Below are positions 13,232 through 18,036 of a stretch of 18,036 nucleotides of DNA, piece after piece. The DNA comes from a virus: positions 1-18,036 of IMG/VR virus record IMGVR_UViG_3300045988_022824; one strand, written 5' to 3'. Under the pieces are notes generated by a model. That model was not told the DNA's origin. It made no database searches and worked only from the letters and a program-made list of their open reading frames with translations. The first letter of the stretch is position 1; every line of letters starts with the position of its first letter. The translations under genes and the position numbers were made by a program.

Positions 13232-14692
13232 TTATAGCACGAAACTATGGCCGTCATCATTGAGATGGCGTGACCCCGGCAGAAACTCATCATAGGGGAT
13301 GGGGGCGGCACGATGCACGCCACTCAAACGCATTACCGTATCGCCACTCGTTTCCACACCGCAATATTTGCGATTGCCGAGAATACGGAGCCTCTCATAG
13401 GTGTGGTCGTTTTTCCACGCGCCTAGTTTCCGGTCATCCGTTTCGATTCCCATAGGCGCGTCCAGCCCCTCCAATATCATGCCGTCGGTATCGGCATAGA
13501 GCACGCGCCCGGCGTTCGCGTTCATGGCGCGGGATAGTATTTGCCGACCGTAGGCGTTTACATAAGCGGCGGTCGGCAACCACGCCAGACTGTTGGCCGA
13601 CTCGGGCTTGTCCACGGTAAAATCAACGCCCCCGTCCGCCGATGGTTTCGGATGCAACATGGGCCGGTAGAGCGAGGCCCCGAATTTCCCCACCAGCGAG
13701 TTCAACAACAGTTTCGCCATCTGCTTGCGCTCCCCGGTGGCGGTTTGTTTCACGTGAAACCATTTGTCCACGTATGAGTAGTAGAGTCCATGTGATTTGC
13801 GGAACTTCCAACCGCCGATATGCTCCCACACGTGGATATCGTAGTTTTCGGTCAGCGTTTCCAAGTCCACATCGGTGACTGGCATAGTGACGACGCCAAG
13901 CGTACTATCCAAGCGTTCACCCTCATACCCCCACACGGGTAGGATGTTAGTGAGCGTCGCCGTTTTCCCCGCTTTCAATCTTGCGTCAAACGCCATGACA
14001 TCGATATGGAGCGGATAATCAGAGTCGTGGTGATACTCCCCGTCATACCATATGGGTGAGCCTGTCGGCATGGGGGCGTCTCGCATGATACTCGGGTAGA
14101 GACTGTTCACGTCCCAACTCCTGCAATCCCGATATTCGCCCGGCTTGCTGTACACTATCGCCCCATAGTAGGCGGGACGCATCCGATGGTAAACCTCTTT
14201 ATCCAATGGCGGGAAATGCCGTCTGAACCCGGCGTAATCCCCGTCGATATAATCGGTCATTGCCATAGACGCTATGGTCGTGCCCTTGAGGTGCAGTGCG
14301 GCGCATTCCTGCGCGATATTCCACGTGGTTTCCAAATCATCCGCACCGCCAAATGTTTCACGTGAAACATCCAGTCCGTCATCACGCGTGACATTACGCA
14401 CGTCCAGAAAATCCACGGTGATGCCGCCCATGCGCACACGAAAACTATAGAAGTTGCCGCGAATGTTGAACGTGCCCCACACGCCGTCCTTGGCCGGGTT
14501 TGACTGCAAGGGGAGTCGTGTCAACAGTTCGGCGGCTATGGGCTTGATATCCTGCCATCCGTGGGCGCACCATACTCTCGTATGATGGTCAAGCATGGTG
14601 AGACGTATGATGGCGTTTGCCGTCAATGGTTCCGCGCCGTCATCCGTCAATAGTGTTGCGCCGTCTGTTGCCGCCGTCCGACGCTCTTTCAT
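13232..14692 (-). CDS. Protein-primed family-B DNA polymerase (phi29 gp2-like), short form
   Basis: Motif A is WDVNSLYPS, motif B is KLLLNSLVGKFG and motif C is LYADTDG. Strongly colinear with remembered phi29 DNAP in the TPR1, palm and TPR2 regions (DYPLHIDVMAFDARLKAG versus DYPLHIQHIRCEFELKEG; VDKWFHVKQTATGERKQMAKLLLNSL versus IDKWTYIKTTSEGAIKQLAKLMLNSL). It is only 486 aa, against about 575 for phi29. AAGGA lies 7 nt upstream of the ATG. Confidence 0.95.
   Translation of the reverse strand: MKERRTAATDGATLLTDDGAEPLTANAIIRLTMLDHHTRVWCAHGWQDIKPIAAELLTRLPLQSNPAKDGVWGTFNIRGNFYSFRVRMGGITVDFLDVRNVTRDDGLDVSRETFGGADDLETTWNIAQECAALHLKGTTIASMAMTDYIDGDYAGFRRHFPPLDKEVYHRMRPAYYGAIVYSKPGEYRDCRSWDVNSLYPSIMRDAPMPTGSPIWYDGEYHHDSDYPLHIDVMAFDARLKAGKTATLTNILPVWGYEGERLDSTLGVVTMPVTDVDLETLTENYDIHVWEHIGGWKFRKSHGLYYSYVDKWFHVKQTATGERKQMAKLLLNSLVGKFGASLYRPMLHPKPSADGGVDFTVDKPESANSLAWLPTAAYVNAYGRQILSRAMNANAGRVLYADTDGMILEGLDAPMGIETDDRKLGAWKNDHTYERLRILGNRKYCGVETSGDTVMRLSGVHRAAPIPYDEFLPGSRHLNDDGHSFVL
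13747..13760. repeat. Perfect 14-bp palindrome GTTTCACGTGAAAC (copy 2 of 3)
   Basis: Read directly from the sequence. It lies inside the polymerase gene, where it is read as W-F-H-V-K-Q, a different frame from copies 1 and 3. Confidence 0.95.
14353..14370. repeat. Perfect 18-bp palindrome ATGTTTCACGTGAAACAT (copy 3 of 3)
   Basis: Read directly from the sequence. It lies inside the polymerase gene (N-terminal domain), where it encodes D-V-S-R-E-T-F. Confidence 0.95.
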
Positions 14693-14704
14693 GATTCCAT
14701 CCTT

Positions 14705-15649
14705 TTAGTGTCGTGCCGCGCTGGTCATCCATTCATCAAGTCGTGTCTCTACATCTCCCGCATCCGCCTTGGTCTCCCATTTATGTGTCTTATCATTATA
14801 CCATGCGGCTTCACGTACCACGGTGCTGAAATTCGTGTTGTTTATCAGCCATCGTTTTTGACGGTTCGACAAAGACGCGAATCTTTGGGAGATGCTGGAG
14901 TCAAACGCTTCAAGTTGCTGTTCGACCCTATCAAAATCCGCAACCCCCTCGCTCTCGGGAATCTTTCCAGCACCTGCATGTAATGGCGCTCGACCTATAA
15001 GCCCGGCGTATTCGAGTATCTCCCGTTCAAGTTTCCTCCTACCTCCCTCTCGTATCATCGTACGCGCGTGGCTTATGCCACGCTCCGAGCCGAACACGTT
15101 AGCCCGAGTGCGTGTGAGTTCGTCACGCGCCGAACCGCCAACCGTATGAGTACCCAACACATCGAACGGCGACTCTCCAGCGCGTTCCATCTCACGCACT
15201 TCGGCTACGGTATAGCGGGCCAAGGTCAACGCCTCGAACTGTTGGGCGCGTTTGATTTTTCGCCGTGCCTCGATACGGCGGCGCTGTTGCTGTCGTAATG
15301 TTTTCCGACGTTTCGGCGGGGCGGCGGCGATTTCCGCGTCGGTAATCAACGGACGCGCCGCCAGTTCCCTATCGAGTTTCGTAATATGCACATCCGGGAC
15401 AACCTGATACGGCTCGTTATCCCGCGCCCTCAAGGCTTGCTGTTGTTCCCCAAACTCCCGTCCGACACGGCGTGCTACCTGTTCGAGTTGCTGGGCGCTG
15501 AGTTTTCCTAGGAACGTTTCGGTGATTTGCTTGGGGAGACGTCCAGTACTGTAATCTCTGACCGCTTGCTCTCGGCGTACCTGTGCCGACCTGATGGCGG
15601 CGTTGCGTTTCAGGTTGTTGGCGCGTCGATTGTTTTTACGTTTTGCCAC
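14705..15649 (-). CDS. Putative terminal protein (priming protein; phi29 gp3 position)
   Basis: It lies immediately upstream of, and is nearly contiguous with, the polymerase gene, as in phi29-like phages. The N-terminus is highly basic (MAKRKNNRRANNLKRNAAIR), there are Arg/Lys-rich internal stretches, and the length is 314 aa. GTG at 15649 has AAGGAGAG 8 nt upstream. The call rests on synteny and composition, not on recognised sequence similarity. Confidence 0.6.
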   Translation of the reverse strand: MAKRKNNRRANNLKRNAAIRSAQVRREQAVRDYSTGRLPKQITETFLGKLSAQQLEQVARRVGREFGEQQQALRARDNEPYQVVPDVHITKLDRELAARPLITDAEIAAAPPKRRKTLRQQQRRRIEARRKIKRAQQFEALTLARYTVAEVREMERAGESPFDVLGTHTVGGSARDELTRTRANVFGSERGISHARTMIREGGRRKLEREILEYAGLIGRAPLHAGAGKIPESEGVADFDRVEQQLEAFDSSISQRFASLSNRQKRWLINNTNFSTVVREAAWYNDKTHKWETKADAGDVETRLDEWMTSAARH

Positions 15650-15677
15650 GGCCCTATCTCTCCTTGCGAGTATGAAA

Positions 15678-15715
15678 CACCCCCCGCCGCCAGGATGGAA
15701 AAACGGCGAGGGGTG
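15678..15715 (-). terminator. Imperfect stem-loop between the SSB-like and terminal-protein genes
   Basis: CACCCCCCGCCG ... CGGCGAGGGGTG (12 bp with one mismatch, 14-nt loop). Only a weak U-tract (TTTCAT) follows on the minus strand. It could be an attenuator or a stabiliser. Confidence 0.35.
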
Positions 15716-15730
15716 AGTTTGGCGGCAACA

Positions 15731-15742
15731 TCCCTATAGGGA
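15731..15742. promoter_or_regulatory. 12-bp perfect palindrome TCCCTATAGGGA (possible operator)
   Basis: It lies in an intergenic region, starting 2 nt downstream of a candidate -10 hexamer on the minus strand. A related CCCCTATAAGG lies upstream of the SSB-like gene, near 16229..16239. Confidence 0.3.
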
Positions 15743-15743
15743 C

Positions 15744-15772
15744 ATTACAATACTATCATACGGTGCGGACAA
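15744..15772 (-). promoter_or_regulatory. Candidate sigma70-type promoter for the terminal protein / polymerase genes
   Basis: Minus strand: TTGTCC (15767-15772), a 17-nt spacer, then TGTAAT (15744-15749). This is pattern matching only. Confidence 0.3.
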
Positions 15773-15777
15773 TTAGC

Positions 15778-16215
15778 TTACTTGCGGTCTTTTTCCGACA
15801 CAAGTTCAAGGTCGAAAAACTTATAGCCACGGCGACTCTTCTTCTCAACCACCTTAAGCACAAGAGGATGGTCCCACGTGTCCGGCGTGCCGAAAATGGC
15901 GAACAGATTACCAAAAGCGTGCGCCAACGTGGGCGAGGCGGCGGCAAAGTCACCTTCCTCAGCGTGGATAACAACGCGGGTGGAGGAGTTGATTTCACCC
16001 GTCTCTTGATTGGCTACCTCGATGGCCTGCGCCAGCACATTAGTGACATGCAGTGGTTCATTGAGATGTTCATCAACCTTATCGGAGGTCTGCATGGCGT
16101 TATACAACGCCATTTTACCATCCATAGTGTCAGTGTTGAAGAAATGGGACACGGCGTTAGCACCGTTAGCCGCAAAATTGTTGCCGTTTGCTACGGTGAG
16201 TTCGTTGTCAGCCAT
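15778..16215 (-). CDS. Putative phage single-stranded DNA-binding protein (lactococcal-phage SSB-like family)
   Basis: 145 aa. The layout ...LHVTNVLAQAIEVANQETGEINSSTRVVIHAEEGDFAAASPTLAHAFGNLFAIFGTPDTWDHPLVLKVVEKKSRRGYKFFDLELV matches my recollection of the small phage SSB family found in Firmicute phages. Its position upstream of TP and DNAP parallels phi29 gp5. AAGGAAAGG lies upstream of the ATG. Confidence 0.5.
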   Translation of the reverse strand: MADNELTVANGNNFAANGANAVSHFFNTDTMDGKMALYNAMQTSDKVDEHLNEPLHVTNVLAQAIEVANQETGEINSSTRVVIHAEEGDFAAASPTLAHAFGNLFAIFGTPDTWDHPLVLKVVEKKSRRGYKFFDLELVSEKDRK

Positions 16216-16245
16216 GATTATTGTTGCCTTTCCTTATAGGGGTTA

Positions 16246-16560
16246 TTAATTATTTTCCTCGGAGATGATATCATCTTCAACCACGTTGCCGTTAACCGAC
16301 CCCGGATAGTCGATAATGGTATCATCCCCAAACTCACAATTAGCCCAATAGATAGCCTCATCCATGCGCGTAATCTGCGCATGATACTCGGCGGACATGG
16401 GGAGCATGTCCTTGTTAATCTTGCGGGCTTTTTTCATTGCCATGTCAGCCGCGCGACACGCGCCATCCACGACTACTTCGGCGTCCACGAGTTCCCCGTT
16501 TTCGCCGCGCGTAACACCGCGCACAATACTATAATGCTTAGCTCGCTTAATATATGCCAT
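16246..16560 (-). CDS. Hypothetical early protein with an acidic C-terminal tail
   Basis: Track ORF 16246..16566. The ATG at 16560 (MAYIKRAK...) has AAGGCGG 7 nt upstream, whereas the first ATG is only 1 nt from it. No family recognised. Confidence 0.55.
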   Translation of the reverse strand: MAYIKRAKHYSIVRGVTRGENGELVDAEVVVDGACRAADMAMKKARKINKDMLPMSAEYHAQITRMDEAIYWANCEFGDDTIIDYPGSVNGNVVEDDIISEENN

Positions 16561-16577
16561 AATCATACCGCCTTATT

Positions 16578-17087
16578 TCAATGTTGCTGTTTCCGTGACA
16601 TTCTTGCAATGTCCTCATCAGTATACCGTGCATCAGTCAGATTGTCAAAACAGAGACACGCAATTTTGATGATAGTCTGAGCGAACCCATCACACTCCCA
16701 CGTCTTGCACATCTCATAACATGACGCGCCCTTGACATGACAGACAGCACACCACGCCACCATAGCCGGACAGTAAATAAGCCCGGACAACATTTCAATG
16801 TCCTGAGTTCGTGATAATGCGGCGTACATCGACGAACTAGGCAAAATACTCAGACAAACGTCCGCCGCATGTTCGATACTATCAGCAAACGCCACCTGAC
16901 CACCCTGAGGCTTATAAAAGCCCTTAAGCAGTGCCACAGCACGGCAAAACGTTTCCCAATCACCCTCACCACGATTATATTCACGCAAGCGCAGATTACG
17001 CCGACGACCACGAACAACACGGCGCACACGGTCATCATCCAGCACGCCATCATCAAACCAATTCGTGCGGTCATCACTACTCTTCAT
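16578..17087 (-). CDS. Hypothetical early protein, cysteine-rich C-terminal half
   Basis: The track ORF starts at GTG 17096. ATG at 17087 (MKSSDDRTNW...) has GGAGAGG 8 nt upstream. The stop is TGA. There are many Cys residues (CPAMVAWCAVCHVKGASCYEMCKTWEC...IACLC). No family recognised. Confidence 0.55.
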   Translation of the reverse strand: MKSSDDRTNWFDDGVLDDDRVRRVVRGRRRNLRLREYNRGEGDWETFCRAVALLKGFYKPQGGQVAFADSIEHAADVCLSILPSSSMYAALSRTQDIEMLSGLIYCPAMVAWCAVCHVKGASCYEMCKTWECDGFAQTIIKIACLCFDNLTDARYTDEDIARMSRKQQH

Positions 17088-17089
17088 AA

Positions 17090-17332
17090 TCAACACCTCT
17101 CCACCAACAACGTATCAGCCAACGCCCTCGCATCAACCAGCATATGAGCCACCTGAGCATAATCACACGCATCAAACGTCACAGCCGACCAAACCAAACG
17201 ACGCCCGCCACTATCCTGAGACCGCACCGCATACCGCAGTTCATACGTCCGATTATGAGGACAATACACCAGACACACATCCCCAGACTCAAACTTGGAC
17301 GGGAACACGGACACAACCTCATCACTCGCCAT
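17090..17332 (-). CDS. Hypothetical small early protein
   Basis: This is the inner part of track ORF 17090..17596. ATG at 17332 (MASDEVVSVFPSKF...) is preceded by GGGGAGGAG about 10 nt upstream and overlaps the end of the upstream gene by 11 nt. The longer N-terminal extension is L/R/C/V-rich junk from the skewed composition. Confidence 0.5.
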   Translation of the reverse strand: MASDEVVSVFPSKFESGDVCLVYCPHNRTYELRYAVRSQDSGGRRLVWSAVTFDACDYAQVAHMLVDARALADTLLVERC

Positions 17333-17579
17333 CACACACACACTCCTCCCCGAAACACACCTCAACAACACCATACAAAAACCCCGCTTCAAAGTCAAAC
17401 GAAGAACAAGCAAAACCAATATACACACCAGACCCATAAAACACACAACGTACAACATCACGCACGCCATCCAACGCCTTCTTAACCGTATCCGCCGGAT
17501 ACGGGCCATACTTACACACATACGCGGGCGTGAGCTCAAACACCGTAAAATCATCAGGCGTAACAACAAAACACCACAT
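17322..17579 (-). CDS. Hypothetical small early protein
   Basis: This is the inner part of track ORF 17322..17648. ATG at 17579 (MWCFVVTPDDF...) has AGGGG 7 nt upstream. The coding strand is strongly G/T-rich. No family recognised. Confidence 0.5.
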   Translation of the reverse strand: MWCFVVTPDDFTVFELTPAYVCKYGPYPADTVKKALDGVRDVVRCVFYGSGVYIGFACSSFDFEAGFLYGVVEVCFGEECVCDGE

Positions 17580-17592
17580 TTGTTTACCCCTG

Positions 17593-17793
17593 TCACGCTT
17601 CTTCGAACGCTTCAATAAAATCATCATTCGGGAACGAATCGCAATCATTATAATCTTCGATAGTCATATTGTTAACCACCGCCACATAATGCAGATTCTC
17701 AACAATCACATCAATATCAAAATCGGCGAGTTGCTGACCACTATTCATAATGTAATCCTCGGCGTAATCCTTAATAATGCTATTGTTAATCAT
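17593..17793 (-). CDS. Small, very acidic early protein (first gene inward of the right ITR)
   Basis: A strong ribosome-binding site is present (AAGGAAGGAAG, then 6 nt, then ATG). The protein is 66 aa and very D/E/N-rich (…DFDIDVIVEN…EDYNDCDSFPNDDFIEAFEEA). The gene is locally AT-rich compared with its neighbours. No family recognised. Confidence 0.65.
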   Translation of the reverse strand: MINNSIIKDYAEDYIMNSGQQLADFDIDVIVENLHYVAVVNNMTIEDYNDCDSFPNDDFIEAFEEA

Positions 17794-17826
17794 TTTTTAC
17801 TTCCTTCCTTATCGGTTGATACTCAC

Positions 17827-17835
17827 ATCATACCA
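17827..17835 (-). promoter_or_regulatory. Candidate extended -10 promoter element (TGgTATGAT on the minus strand) reading inward from the right ITR edge
   Basis: It is the mirror image of the left-end element and straddles the ITR boundary, about 35 nt upstream of the ATG at 17793. Confidence 0.35.
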
Positions 17836-18036
17836 CACCACAAAACACAACACACCCAACAACACAAAAAACAACACACTCAAACCATGAACAAAACAAC
17901 ACACCAAAAAACATAAAACACAACAACACACAAAACCGACAACAGAAAAGAACGCAACAAAAAACAAAACAACAAGGACGACAACAAGAAACAGAACAAG
18001 AACAAGGATAAAAAACAAAGAACAAAGAACAACAAC
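17830..18036. repeat. Right inverted terminal repeat (207 bp, perfect)
   Basis: It is the exact reverse complement of 1..207, verified block by block. Confidence 0.95.

Noticed and set aside
14326-14343. DDLETT (polymerase residues about 117-122) as the ExoI DxE motif
   Set aside because: It resembles DFETT. However, it lies about 80 residues after the RVW segment that follows ExoI in phi29, and directly before the ExoIII-like helix. In a colinear alignment it cannot be ExoI. I keep it as a caveat for the exonuclease finding.
17065-17618. Plus-strand His/Thr/Pro/Gln-rich ORFs at the right end (17065..17439, 17144..17485, 17295..17618, 17530..17916)
   Set aside because: They are translations of the A/C-rich strand opposite the real minus-strand early genes. 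They are a compositional artefact with no start-site support.

Overview
This window appears to be a complete linear genome of about 18 kb from a small phi29-like, protein-primed podophage. The ends are perfect 207-bp inverted terminal repeats (1..207 is the reverse complement of 17830..18036). Almost all genes lie on the minus strand and follow the phi29 order. Reading right to left: small early genes; a putative SSB; a putative terminal protein; a family-B protein-primed DNA polymerase; an acidic scaffold-like protein; the major capsid protein with a C-terminal Ig-like domain; tail knob; portal (upper collar); lower collar; three fibre or appendage genes; a CHAP plus lysozyme-like tail hydrolase; the packaging ATPase; holin; amidase endolysin; and a membrane protein. 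Two small plus-strand genes at the left end converge on a bidirectional terminator near 800..830. No integrase, tRNA, CRISPR array or transposon was seen, and the host cannot be named from the sequence. Seven observations deserve a second look. (1) A perfect palindrome with core GTTTCACGTGAAAC occurs three times inside coding sequence, in two different reading frames. (2) The capsid gene is broken by a one-base frame change at an A4 run and by an in-frame TAG. (3) The polymerase is short, and its exonuclease domain appears to lack the canonical catalytic residues. (4) The strand carrying the 5' end is extremely G/T-rich and C-poor at both termini. (5) The extreme ends are (GTT)3 reiterations, and extended -10 promoter-like elements are mirrored at the inner ITR edges. 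(6) The replication and structural modules are separated by a structured 186-nt spacer whose terminator abuts the next ribosome-binding site. (7) The first right-end gene is AT-rich and encodes a very acidic protein. All homology statements rest on by-eye comparison with remembered phi29-family sequences, not on database searches.
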